This document shows, in pieces, positions 39,348 through 51,875 of a stretch of 64,000 nucleotides of DNA; position 1 is the first letter of the stretch, and every line of letters starts with the position of its first letter. The notes below the pieces were generated by a model. That model searched no databases. It was not told where the DNA came from and worked only from the letters and a program-made list of their open reading frames with translations. This DNA comes from Octopus sinensis (taxonomy: Eukaryota): NCBI RefSeq assembly GCF_006345805.1, contig NC_043004.1, forward strand, positions 59,768,001-59,832,000, given 5' to 3'. Made by a program: the position numbers and the translations under genes.

Positions 39348-41470
39348 TGTGTGCGCGCGCCCGCGAGTATGCGCGTAAGTATGTATGTGTGTGGATGTGT
39401 GAGTGTGTCTGTGTGTATGTCTGGGTGTCAGTGTGTCCGATGAATGTATGTGAGTATGTGTGTGTATATAGTGTGTGTGCATAGATGTATGTCCGTGTGT
39501 GTGTGTGTATGTGTATGAGTGTGTATGTATGTACGTGTGGGTGTGTGGAAGTGTGTGTATGTGCATGTGTGTGCGCGTACATACAGGTGTGTGAGTGAGT
39601 GTGTGTGTGTGTATGTATGTGTGAGTGTGTATGTATGTGTGTGTTGGATGCATGTATGTGTATGGGTGTATGTATGTGTGTGTGTATGTATGTATGTGTA
39701 CGTGCGTGTGTGTGTATGCGTGTAGGTATGCGCGTGTGCATGCATGCATGCATGTGCGTATGTGTGTGTGTGTGCATGTGTGTGGGTATATATGTATGTG
39801 CGTATATGTGTGTGTATGTGCGTACATGTGTGTGTGTGTATGCATGTGTGTGTATGTAGGTGTGTAGTGCGTGTGTGTATAGGTGTATATATGTAAGTAT
39901 GTATGGGTGTTGTGTTCGTGTATGTGTGTGTATGTATGTGTGTATGTAGGTGTGTGGGCGTGTGTATATAGGTGTATGTATGTATGTATGGGTGTGTCCG
40001 TGCATGTTTGTGTGTGTGTGTATGCATGTGTATGTAGGTGTGTGTGTACGTGTGTAATGTGTGGTATGCGTGTGTGTGCGTGTGTTATGCGTGCGTGTGT
40101 GTATGTAGGTGCGTATGTATGTGTGTGGGAGTGTAGGTGTGGTTGCGTGTGCGTGTTGTTATGTTGGTGTGTGCGTATGTGAGTGTGAGTGTATGGGTGT
40201 TTGTCATGCATGTGTGTGCGCGTGCAGGCGAGTGTGTGTGTAAGTATGTGTGTGTATGTTGTGTGAGTGTGTATGTGTGTATGTCTGTGTGTATGTATGT
40301 GCGTATAGGAGTATGTAGTATGTGTGTGTGTATGTGTATGGTGTGTATGTATGTATGTGTTGTGTGTGCATGTGTATAAGGATATGTGTGTGTGCGTATG
40401 TGTGTGTATGTGTATGTGTGTGTGTTATGTATGTGTGTATGTATGTGTGTAGGCGTGTGTGTGTGATGTATGTATGTATGTATGGGTGTGTGTCTGTGTG
40501 TGTTTGTGTATGTGTGTAGGTAGGTGTGTGTGTCTGAGTGAGGGTATGGCTGTGTAGGTGTGTGTGTGTATGAATGTAAGTGTGTGTGTGTACAAGTGTA
40601 ATGTATGTATGTAGGTGTGTGTGTGTGTGTGTATGTGTACGTGTGCGTGTGTATGTGTGTGTGTGTATGCGTGTGAGTGTGAGTGTATGGGTGTATGTCT
40701 GTGTGTGTGTATGTCTGAAGTAGGTATGTGTGTGTATGTATGTATGTGTGTGTGTGTGCGGGTATGTGTGTGTGTGTTTATGTGTGTGTGTGAGTAGGTG
40801 TGCGTGTATGTATGTGGGTAGGGATGCATGCGAGTGTGTGGGCATGTATGCATACATACGCACGCGCACATCCGAAGCAAGCCCACACACACGAAGCGCG
40901 CTCACGCACACAACGCACAAGCAATACAACGCAAGCCCATGGGGCCGACCAAGCCCCCAGCGAGCGCCAAGGCGCGCGAGCGCAATGGCCCTCGAACGCC
41001 CCGCTACGCGGGAACCGAGGGTCCATCAGCCAAAACCGGAAAGCAGAAAAGAGGGGGGGCTGCCTGGATGCAAAAAGGTGTATGTGTGTGTGCATTCAGT
41101 GTAAGGGTGTGCATTGGTGGGTATGTATGTATGTGTGTGCCTACATGTATGTGTGCATGTGTGTGTGTGTGAAGTATGTACGTGCGGTGTGTGTGTGTGT
41201 GAGTGTGTGTGTATGTATGTGCGTATGTATGTGTGTATGTATGTGTGTATGTTGTCTGTGTGTGTGTGTGTGTTGTGTAAGTATGTATGTGTGTATGTAT
41301 GTATGTATGTGTGTGTGTAGTGCATGTTGGTTGTATGTAGTGTGTGTGCATGTATGTCTATAAGTTTGTGTGATTAAATGTGTGAATGTATGTACGTAGA
41401 TGGGTCTACGTATGTGTGTGTGTGAACAGGCGTGTGGGAGGTAGGTAGGTGTGTGTGGGGGTGGTGTATC
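39348..41470. repeat. ~2.1 kb cryptic (GT/CA)-rich low-complexity tract inside the Penelope element
   Basis: Scrambled gtgt/gtat/gcgt units between the ORF stop and the 3' pLTR, interrupted by a GC-rich island at ~40930-41075. Confidence 0.9.
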
Positions 41471-41511
41471 CGGGAAACAAAAAAAAAAAAAAAAAAAAAA
41501 AGAAGCGGATC

Positions 41512-44334
41512 TCAAGTGGAGGGGGCTGTGTTAAGTCCGTGTGGGGTAGTAGTTTGTAGGGTGAAGATGTAGCGTTGCTCCAAGTGGAGCCTGGAAAGTG
41601 GGCGACCATTGTGGGGGGCGAGACCAAACACTGAGATGTCATCTAGGGAATGGCCGGCCGAGCGGAAGTGGCGTGCGACGGGAGAAAAAGAGTGTAGGCG
41701 AACGTCCCTCAAATGTTCAGTGAAACGGTCGGACAACCGGCGTCCCGTCTGTCCTACATACAGCATCCCGCATAGGTTGCATTTAATGCAGTAAATAAGG
41801 CCAGACGAGGTGCACGTAAAGGAGTGCCTAATGCGTACAGTATGCTGGTCGGAGCCGGTGACAGCGGTGGTGTTGGTGATGAAGGGGCAAGTGTTGCAGC
41901 GGGATCTAGAGCAAGGAATGATCCGTGTGGGGCTGAGGGGGAAGGAGAGAGGGTGTGCTGTGGACCAGGAGGTCACGCAGATTGCGGGCTCGTTTGAAGG
42001 AGGACAGGGGGGGTTAGGGAAAATGGGGCGGGTGTGGTATCAAGCTGGAGGCGACGGAAGGCACGTAGTATCTTGCGACGAAGGGGTAGGGTAGAGGGGT
42101 GGAAAAGGAGGGGGAAAAGGGTGCGGTTGGGGGGGTGGGCGTAGTGCGGTCGATGCGACGGGCGCGGGTGAGGGCATCAGAGAGGAGTATGGGTGGGTAA
42201 CCTCGGAGTCTGAACATGCGGGCCATGTATTGAGATTGGGTCACGAAATCCTGGTCGCGGCTGCACAAACGTCGGAGGCGGAGGAACTGGGAGTAGGGGA
42301 TGGCTCGTTTGGTGTGGAAGGGGTGGGAGGAAGAGAAGTTGAGATAGAGGTGGGAATCCGTAGGTTTAAAGAAGGCGGTGGTGGTGAGAGAGTTGGAGGG
42401 GTGATCGATGCGGAGAGAGATGTCAAGGAAGTTGACAGAGGCGTTGGAGATGGTGGAGGTGAATTGAAGAGAGGGGTGAAAATTGGAAAGGAAAGAGATG
42501 AATTGGCAGAGAAGTTCACGGGAAAGGGAGGTGGCACCTACGCAGTCGTCGATATAGCGACCGTATAGTTCGGGGGTCGGCCCAGAGAACTGGGAGAACA
42601 CTTGGGCCTCAATGTAGCCAAGAAAGAGATTGGCGAAATTGGGGCCCATCCTAGTTCCCATCGCGACCCCGGACACCTGTTGGTCCGTTTCCCCGGCGAA
42701 CGTGAAGCAATTGAGGGTGAGGACGAGCTCAGCCAAACGGAGAAGGGTGGGGGTGCCGGGGGTGGGGTCGGGACGACGGTCGATGAAGTGTTGGAGGGCT
42801 AGGAGACCGTCATTGTGGGGAATTACTGTGTACAGGGATTTTACATCTAAAGTGAAGAGGAGGTGTGAGGGGCTGGAAGGGAAGGAAAAGGAATTGAAGA
42901 GACGGAGGGCGTGGTTGTGTCGTGTATGGGGATGGGAGGGCTGCGACTAAGGGGGAACAGGGGGGGGCGGTCGAGGTATAGGGAGATGAGTTCAGTGGGG
43001 CAATTACAGGCAGAGACTATGGGACGGCCAGGATTAGAGGGTTTATGGATCTTGGGAAGGAAGTAGATGGTGGAGGTGCGGGGTGTGCGGACGATGAGGT
43101 TGGTCGCGGTGGGGGGAGAGCGGAGGAGGAGATGAGGTCGCGGATGGTGTAGGACATTCGCTGTTGGTAGGAGGAGGTGGGATCGGAGGGGAGGAGGCGA
43201 TAGAAGAGGGGATTTTGAAGCTGGTTGAGCGCTTCCTCCCTGTATAGGTCCGCGCGCCACACTACCACTGCCCCGCCTTTGTCCGCCGGTTTGATGACAA
43301 TGTCATTATGTCGGCGGAGGTGGCGAAGGGCAATGGATTCGGCCCGAGTGAGGTTGGCTCGGCGGGGTCTTGGTTCAAAGTTGAAACGGTGGACCAAAGC
43401 GTTGCAGTCATGTACAAACGAATCTAGGCTACTGAAAAGGCCTGGGGGCGGCGTCCAGATGGATGGACGACGCCCCAGCTCCAAAAGGCAATCCTGATTG
43501 TTGTGACGCTGCGGGGACGCGTGGTAGTATGCGCAAAGTTTGAGGCGGCGCAGGAACATGTTGACGTCCGCCCGAGTCTCGAACTCATCACAGTGGCGCG
43601 TGAGTGGCGTGAAGCGGAGACCCTTACTGAGGAGGGAGCGCTCAGCGGCGGAGAGGGGGAGGTTGGGGGTATAGTGACAACAGCGCGAGGAAGGGGGTGG
43701 TGGGAGGACTAGGGCAGCAGAGGGGGTGCAGGGGTATGAAGGGGAGGGTAGGGGTGGTTGGATGAAGATGGGTTAGGCGTAGGAAGGTCACGATGGGGGG
43801 GGGTCCGTGGAAGGGTGGGGTAGGTGCGAAGGAGGGGGGAACAGTGGGGGAGGATGGGGAAGGGGGTGAGGGGTTGAGGAGGAGGTGGAGTTTTTTGTTT
43901 TTTGTGTGTGTGAGGTAGTTGTAGAGTTGGTGGTTGAGATTAAGAATGAAGCGGAGGATAGGTTGGGTGAAGAGTGGAGGGCAGAGGGCGGAGAGAAGGA
44001 GGTAGGCCTGGGGAAGTTGATGGTCGAGAGAGTCAAGGAGGGGGTGGGTGGAGCGGATGGTGGCGCGGAGGAGGGAGCGGGAGGTACGAGCGAGGGTGGG
44101 TTCGATGAAGGGGGAGGAATAGGGGGTAGCGTGGAACTTCAAGAGGAAACCGCGGGGTGTGACATGATGGCGGAGGCAACGGCTAAGAAAGGAAAGATGG
44201 CTAGAATGGCGAGTTTTCTTAAAAAGCAAGCGGGAAAGTTTTATAGCAGGTGCGGAACATTGTGGGGGGAAGAACGCGAGGTAGCGGCTAAGGAGGGATT
44301 GAATGTGTTGGACGAACGAGTGCAAGTCAGGCAT
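41512..44334 (-). pseudogene. Penelope-like ORF (N-terminal domain, RT, Cys linker, GIY-YIG endonuclease), frameshifted in this sequence
   Basis: YFLPKIHKP, LDVKSLYTVIP (RT motif A), GVAMGTRMGPNFANLF, RYIDD, FKPTDSHLYL...HP...IPYSQFLRLRRLCS, PCSRSRCNTCP linker and LIYCIKC..C..LYVGQTGR.L..RF.EH (GIY-YIG). Probable start MPDLH at 44334. Confidence 0.93.
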
Positions 44335-44749
44335 GATGAGAAGTGGTGGCAAACAGGTAAAGGTGGGTGGTGGCGAAACAGGAAAAAGGAGAGACAACCG
44401 GAAAACAACAAAAGAAGAAAAAGGGTGAAGACAGTTTGAAAACAATAGAAAAAAGTTGAAAAAAGTCAGGAAAGAGATTTGAGAGTCAACGGACAGATTA
44501 GGTAATGATTTTCAATCACGATAATGGCGGTACTCCGGAAGAAGGTTGCAGGTGATCCGTGGGTGAGGAAGAATGATAACAATAATCCGTAGGTGCAAAA
44601 ATCCGGGAATTGGTATCCAAGGTACAAGGGGTCCGTGTAGGCGCGCAGTGGTATAATTTTAATCCAAACGGGAAAACAAAAAAACAACAACAGTGGAACA
44701 ATTACAGTATTATTATTAATAGGCGCTCAGGAAATATGGAAGCAGGAAG

Positions 44750-44784
44750 GTATGACGTTTCGAGCGGAGCTCTTCGTCGGAAAC
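44750..44784 (-). ncRNA. Minimal type I hammerhead motif in 5' pLTR
   Basis: Same motif as 38604-38638, offset by 6146 bp. Confidence 0.65.
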
Positions 44785-46329
44785 ACAAAGAAGGAAGAGA
44801 GAGGAAAGAAAGATCCCAAAGCGGGGGCAACAGGGATGGAGAAAAAAACGACTGGTGTTTACGAAGTACACATGGTGTGAAAGCGGAGGAAATTTACGAT
44901 AACAAGAGCAAAGTAGGTTTTTAAAGCCAAAAGAGGGGAGACAGGGTTGGTAACGCACAGATGTGTGTGTATGTGTGAGTGTGTGCGTGTGCGTGTGTGT
45001 ATGTGTGTGTGAGGCGAGATAAAAAACAAAAAATATCTGTATGTTTAGTGTGTGGTCTGTGTGTAGGTGTGTGAGTAGGGGGCGAGACAGTAGTAGCAAG
45101 CAGACAGTGGTCAGTAGTAAGAAAATGAAGGAAGGAGGAAGGGAGGGAGGGGAAGGGGTGGGGGCTTATGTAGCGTGCCAGCGTGTGTTGAGTAGTAGTG
45201 TGTGTGTGTGTCCAGTGTCGTGTCGTGGTAGTATTAATGGCGAGTAGATTGAATGTGTGTAAGAGTAAGGTATATTTAAGCAATGTGTGTGTGCGGTGGG
45301 TGTGCATATGTGTGCGTGGTGTGTGTAACAAAAAAGGGGGGGGGGGGTAAGGAAAAAGGACTCCAGCTCAGGGGAAGATGGAAGAGTGGTCCCGCGGAGA
45401 CGGGCGTGGGAGAACCCAACGACAAGCGACGGTCCCAGGAACGAGCGGGAGGTCTCGTCGGGTCCAAGAGCGAGGTGCATGCAGCGCGTATGCGTGCGCG
45501 AACCGGCAAGAATTTGAAAAACCAAGAATCACCAAAGCAATTTTAGACAGAATTGAGAAACAAGTTCTAACAACAGCAAAAAATAGAGCCTTAAATGGAG
45601 AAATATTGAAATACCTTCAAATAAAGTGTGACACACACTGCAGATGAAGTAATAATAGTAAGAAGAGGATCGAAGAATAAACGATGGATCGAAGAGAAAA
45701 CATGGGATCATATAGGTAAATAAAGGTACGGAGTTACAAGAAACAAAGGACATGTATGAAAACCGGGATGTATGTATGTATGTATGTATGTATGTATGTA
45801 TGTATGTATCTGTACATACGTATGTATTCATGTATTTATGTGCGTAAATTCATTCGCACCCACACATTCAAGCATACAGAATGCGTATGTATATTATTGC
45901 TATAACGCCCATAGAGATGGTTATCTATCAATGTATACATATTCAGACAGAAGGTTTTCTGCACGTAACTACACACCGCTGATTACGTAATTTATTTAAG
46001 GAAGCTAGGAAGCGTAAGTAATATGTCTCTTATGCAAATAACTTAGAATAAATTGCTGAAAAGATCAAAAAGTGTGTATTGCAACATGCTATTCTTATTG
46101 CCAGCATTAACATTTACGCGTGTCTCTTATTAAATGTTAATGCTTGAGCGTACACGCATTCAGTCGTCCATAGCATTTAATTGACAAATAATAAGCAAAA
46201 AAGGTTCTGAGTTTCATATGATGTTATCAAATTCTTACTTGAACACTGGAATCGGTGTTATCGACTCTTCCCCCTCCCCAAAATGGCTGCCCTTGTGGCC
46301 AAAATTGAAAACATTATTATTATTATTAT

Positions 46330-46800
46330 TATTATGTTTGACTCTTGCTTTGAATTTTTACAAATTGACACTAAGTCTCACTTAGAGACCTCAAGAGACA
46401 AGTTAGAAGCTGAATTTGATGCTATGACTACGGTGTCATATATTTAGTTTTGCACAGAGTATTGTTCAAGAGACTGTCTGTCAAAACATAAATAAATTAG
46501 AGGTTTGTTTTAAAAGTAATTTGTTTATAAGATGATAGTCTGATGTTAAGAGGACAATAAAAGGAGTTTGCTGTTATGTATATTCAAAAGTATTTTGGCA
46601 CCGTTTACGGATTAAACAATATTTGGTATTATATGAACAAGATTTTACGTAGTATATGAATAGTTACCATGAATACTATCTTTTGATATTCTTCCATTTT
46701 TGGATTTCCTGGTGTCTGAGGTAGGTAGCAATCAATCTCTTTTGCTGTGACTTGTAGGACGCCTATGACAAAATGTTTTAGACTTTGCTTTCCATCCTTC
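46330..46800 (-). mobile_element. R4/Dong-type LINE 3' fragment with (AAT)n tail
   Basis: Minus translation LPQTPGNPKMEEYQKIVFMVTIHILRKIL; 3' UTR related to 7410-7623. Confidence 0.7.
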
Positions 46801-46980
46801 GGTTCGACAAAATAGTTGCCATTGGAAGACTTATAATCGACTTGGCCTTGGGCTAAAATTTGTTGGCCTTGTGCTAAAATTTGACACATTGTCAATGATA
46901 TAATTATGATTATTCTTATACATGCAACTGATTAGACTGTTGGAAAAGAAAGTATTCCTAACATGGGGTTACAACAAGTA

Positions 46981-47195
46981 ATCTTAGATGTCAAGAAATC
47001 TCGTAAGTATCCTAGCTGTCCCAAATAACACTGTTTTCTGGAGCTGTACTAACCTGGGCTTTATGGCTACTTCCTCTATCCATCTATTCAAATCTTTAGC
47101 GATAGTTCCTAATATATCTATAACTACTGGGATGCCTTTTACCCGCACTTTCCACATCCTGTAATTCAATGCCTAGGTCTTGGTACTTTGCTATA
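46981..47195 (-). mobile_element. R4/Dong-type LINE extreme C-terminus
   Basis: GIPVVIDILGTIAKDL...VQLQKTVLFGTARIL matches the RLE C-terminal pattern (PIIVGALG...QKIALLGTAHIL in 7708-9474). Confidence 0.8.
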
Positions 47196-47209
47196 CTATT
47201 ATGCGTGTC

Positions 47210-48700
47210 GTCGAGGATTTGGGTAGGGAGGCGCAAAACTGCGCAATCCTAACCATGTCCATACACGACAACCTCCACCTCATGCGATGCAACATAGAAA
47301 GTGTAGGGTCTAAGCTAGTCTTCAGTGGGGCGCTAATCAGTTTACATCAATAGAAATCATCGACTATCGGTATCTGGAGGTTATCCTTAAAACGTCAGGC
47401 TTCGACCCCGTCTTCAGAGGTTGGATCGCTTCAATGCACAGCGGCATCTACTCGTTGGTCAAAGCTAGATCACCTCTTGGAACGGTTTCAGATTTCCCTA
47501 TCGGTCGATCAAGTGACCCCATCTCCTCCCTTCTGTACGTATTGATTCTCCAGCCTTTATTACAGTAGATAGAGCTGTTGCAGTGTATCCCGCTCGAACT
47601 GGACGCGGAAGGGCTGTGTCAGCTTATGCGGACAACATTACTGTTGTGGTGTCGGGCACCTAAGAAATCGAAGTGGTCGGCTCATTGTTGGCGGTATATG
47701 AAAATTTGACGGAAAAGTTGGTGGATTTGCAACTTGGGACCGAAAGAGACAACATATCCACGAGTCAACAAGAGACCGAAACATGGTGAGTGGCATCTGA
47801 AATGTCGCCAGGTACGCACTGCTCTCTACCAGTCGGGCAAAGCGATCAGTGGAACATCCACTCTCGAGTTCTATAGATGGTTAGTGGAGGGAAAGTGCGA
47901 TGACGCACTCGGAGAGGCGCTAGGCGTCGACGAAGTCGAACTGATCAGTTTGTTTCGGAGGACCTTGGATCCAGGAACGATGGATAACTTCAAGAAATCC
48001 CTAGCTTGGCAATGCTACCGGAGGCGGGCACTGCCAGTTTGAGATGAACTCTAAAGGCACAGAAGTGCTGTCAGGCGGACCTGCACGAGATGCTTGCAGA
48101 GCAACGAGACCCTTCTGCACGCACTCGTCCAGTGACCGTGCATTACTGACTTCTGGAGATATGTTGAACAGCTGTTGTCACGTATAGGCCGGATCCGGCT
48201 ATCAGCCGAGTCCATAGTGAAGATCGATCCGCCACCTTCAATTGGTTCGGAAGGGAAAGCAATTTTCGTCTCTCTGATAGTGGAAGCGAAAGTGGTTATA
48301 TGGTGGACCAGGTTGAAAGGACTTACGACAGACACTTTCCTCTTCGGCCAATCCCTCATCAACTTTTCCAAATTTCACCTGGAATGGCAGATGAGAGTGG
48401 AGAGAGAACTGCTGACCATCACAATACTATACTTACTAAATGGTGATTGAATATAGTGAAAATGGCCCGTGTGAGTGAACTTACTCCAATAATGCGCCTG
48501 CAAGCTAGTGAGTTTGAGAAGAATGGTGCCCTTCACGGGCGCCCTCGCTACCTCATATTGGGTAGCTTTTATTGTTATATAGTACTTGTTTCATAATATT
48601 GTTATTGTTTTAATTATGTATTCGTAGTTTTGTATAAAAACCCTTCTGCCAACATCTACTGTATCGTCCCCTATATGTTGGCCCTGGTAGTAAAAAAAAA
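47210..48700 (+). mobile_element. Degenerate L1/Tx1-clade LINE 3' half with A-rich tail
   Basis: LLYVLILQPLL and SAYADNITVVVS (RT), CTRCLQSNETLLHALV (CCHC) and AKVVIWWTR. It ends in an A-run at ~48690-48700. Confidence 0.65.
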
Positions 48701-51700
48701 ATGTCTTTTACATCCCCTAAAATTTTGGCCATTACCTTCCCTGTTGTTGGGGCGAGCATGGACTCCTTTGGAGTAGGTGAGGCAGGATGTTGACACTACA
48801 TGCATTGTCTCTTTGTCTGTATCTCAAAGTGATAAAATCAATACTCATACATCCCGCGTTAGGTCATGTTTATATTTATAAAGTTCCATTGAATCCAATT
48901 CAGAAATTTTGCTGTTCGATGTATGTTCAATGCCGATAAACCTTCATACTAAATGCCTGATACAAATGATAGGAAGTGTAATGAAACGGCTCAGTAAAAT
49001 GAATATTTCAAGGAAAATATAGACTACTTGAACGATTGTAGACATATTTTGATTTAAATACAGAAGTTTACTTCGTAGTGACTAACACGCAGAGGATTTG
49101 TATTGGAAGAACATAGCACCTTGTGTTACCCAAATGTTTTGCAATATAATACACCAAATGATCGGACTCACCGAATGGAAATCACACTTGTCGTAGACTA
49201 AAAATTTCCTCTTTTACAAAACGTAATGCCTGACATATTATTGATTAAATATGTGCTTTGATTCTGGGGTTAAGAAACTCGGAGTAATAAATATTTGCTT
49301 CACTAACTATCGATGTATTAATGCAAATTCTGTCAATGATTCAATGGTAGATTTTCTTTCGCTTGTACGTCAATTTTCCCTTGTAAAAATGAAGTTCCTA
49401 AAATGGATATAGAAACTCAAAAATTTTACATACGTTCAGCACTAGAAAGATCGTCATATTTTAAAGAAGTTATGTATTCAGGACCCATATGTAGCCGTCG
49501 ACTTTGACTTTAAATGCCTTTACGTGCACGCCATTATTTATGACTTTATCTGTTCAATATTCCAATATCTGTTCACATTCAGTCCGAAGTTTCCAAATAT
49601 TTATCGCGCCAATACTATACGATATATATGTATGTGTGTGTGTGCCTGTTTAGATATATGCATGTACAAACACACACACACATACACATATAAATACATG
49701 CAGTTAAAGAAAGAGACTTATGAAATTAACAATAGATGAATTGGTGTATAGTTAAATATATCAAATGCCTTCTACTTCGATATATCACATGTTTACGGCA
49801 GTTCACGAAGTCGCGCTTTTTCGCTGGGATCTTATATGAACATGTTGTGAAAGTGTCTTTGTCATATCAGTAAGACTGCAACTGACATACAATACCATCA
49901 TCTTAACAGTGAATGAGTAAATTGTATTCATATATGAGTGGTTAATTATTATATAATTTTTAGACATACCACACCTCTAATCTTCTCATCTCACTCATAA
50001 AAAACACTTTTTAAAAAAATATTTATGAATATACACTATATTTAACTATATTTAACTAATTATCATTTTTGTTTTCTGAACTATTGTTTAAGTTTTGTTT
50101 TTTGAACGACCTTCTAGAACCTGATTTGTACTTACTTTTAATTATAATCACAGAAACCCTCTAAATCCTTTCAAACATTTCTTATACAGCTGGTATTCTT
50201 TTTGTTTGAATGAAAATTCCCTTAATTTTCTTTCTGTGCACAGACAGGTTTTATTCACTTTCTTATTTAGCGTTGGATTAATGTAACTATCCGATACTAC
50301 GCAATATCATTGCAGAATTTTCTACGTCTTCTTTCGTGGTAACAAAAATATCTGTATTGGTGATAATGAAAGTCTTCCTTTCAATACGAGATAACTTACA
50401 AAATACTGACTGGTTTATGTCCATTTCCTAGTTTTCAATATGTATTAGATGATATACAGGTGAAGATTCAGCATATTCTTTACAGTCATCAATAAACGCC
50501 AAGTGGTTGTTGGTTCGTACACTCTGCTTTCTCAGCTGAAATTACTCTTAAGTTAAATTTGCACTTCTTCATTTTGGAATCGATCAAACGTATCAATTCA
50601 ATGCGGAAACGTTAAGGATTTGATTGAGATGACTTGTGTAATTCGCTCTGGGTATTGGCTCTATGACAACAAAGCGTACAATGACATATGCCAAACTATT
50701 TCGGTCCAAAATGTTGTACTGATCCTTGGGTTTAATGAATCATGTAGATATAGGCAACAGCTCATCCAAGTCAAAATATTTTCTCCCGTGCCTGCACATA
50801 TAAGTACGAAAAGAAGAACAAAGCCAGATTACGTTTAACTGATAATTATTTCATAATTGTTGTTAATGTAATCAGTGTTTCAAATTTCGATACGAATCCA
50901 GCAGTTTTTGAGAGAAGAGATAAAACGATTGCATCGATTCTAGTACTTGACTGATACTAAATTTAGCAACTCAGAAAGGATAAAGTTTGTGACTTCGGTT
51001 GGATTTAAATACAGAATATAAAGACGGATGAAATTCTGCTATGCACTTTATCTGGCATGCTGACAATGTTGACAGTTCATTTCCGTCTTTCTTCTCAAAA
51101 TAGCTCATTTTTGACTTTCTTCTCAAAGGAGAAGAAATGATTATCAAAATAACTCCCACTTTTATCTTAAAAAACTCCCACTAAGAACATAAATTCAAAT
51201 TCCTACCTTATAAGGAATACGTTTTACACAACAATCACCCAAAAATTTTTAATCAAGCCACCATACACGCAAGTTCTAAAATATGCAACTTACAGAATAT
51301 TAATAAAGAAACAATGGTCAAACCGATTACAAGCTAACAAATCTAACATAACTAATAGACGATTAATTTTGGGATTTTCGATAAATCCGTATGCAGTGAG
51401 GGCTCTGACAGAGTGGACAATTTTTCCATCGTTTATTTTACTCTTTCTCTATTCTCCACTCCTATTACTCCGTCTCACACTCACTCTCACTATTTCTTTC
51501 TGATTCTCCTTCGTTCCTATTCTCTTCTTATCGAAGAGATATCCCAGTACTTCCCAAATGGAAATATCAATATGCGATGAGAGGCAATACAACAACCAAG
51601 TGTTTCATATCACATTGATTAATCGTTTTTGGAAGTCAAAAACTGTAAAGCAGCAATTATTGTGCAGTTCATTTTATCGACCTAAATTATCAAAGGGCTA

Positions 51701-51768
51701 ACTTCGACTTTTGTGTAACGTATTTTAGGGTGTTGCTTCCGTTTTTCAGAGTACATTTTAATCCACTA

Positions 51769-51875
51769 CACATACATACATACATACATACATACATACA
51801 TACATACATACATACATACATACATACATACATACATACTTACATACATACATACATGCATACATACATACATAC
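51769..51875. repeat. (CATA)n microsatellite
   Basis: Directly visible. Confidence 0.95.

Larger units (their letters stand above)
38513..45500 (-). mobile_element. Near-complete Penelope-like retroelement (Neptune-like), pLTR-ORF-pLTR
   Basis: Direct repeats at 38513-39347 and 44657-45500 flank an RT + GIY-YIG ORF on the minus strand. The 3' end abuts (TA)n/(TACA)n. Confidence 0.93.

Noticed and set aside
38712-41515. 499-aa and other His/Thr- or Cys/Val-rich ORFs
   Set aside because: They are read-through of the cryptic (CA/GT) tract; similar ORFs appear in all frames and on both strands.
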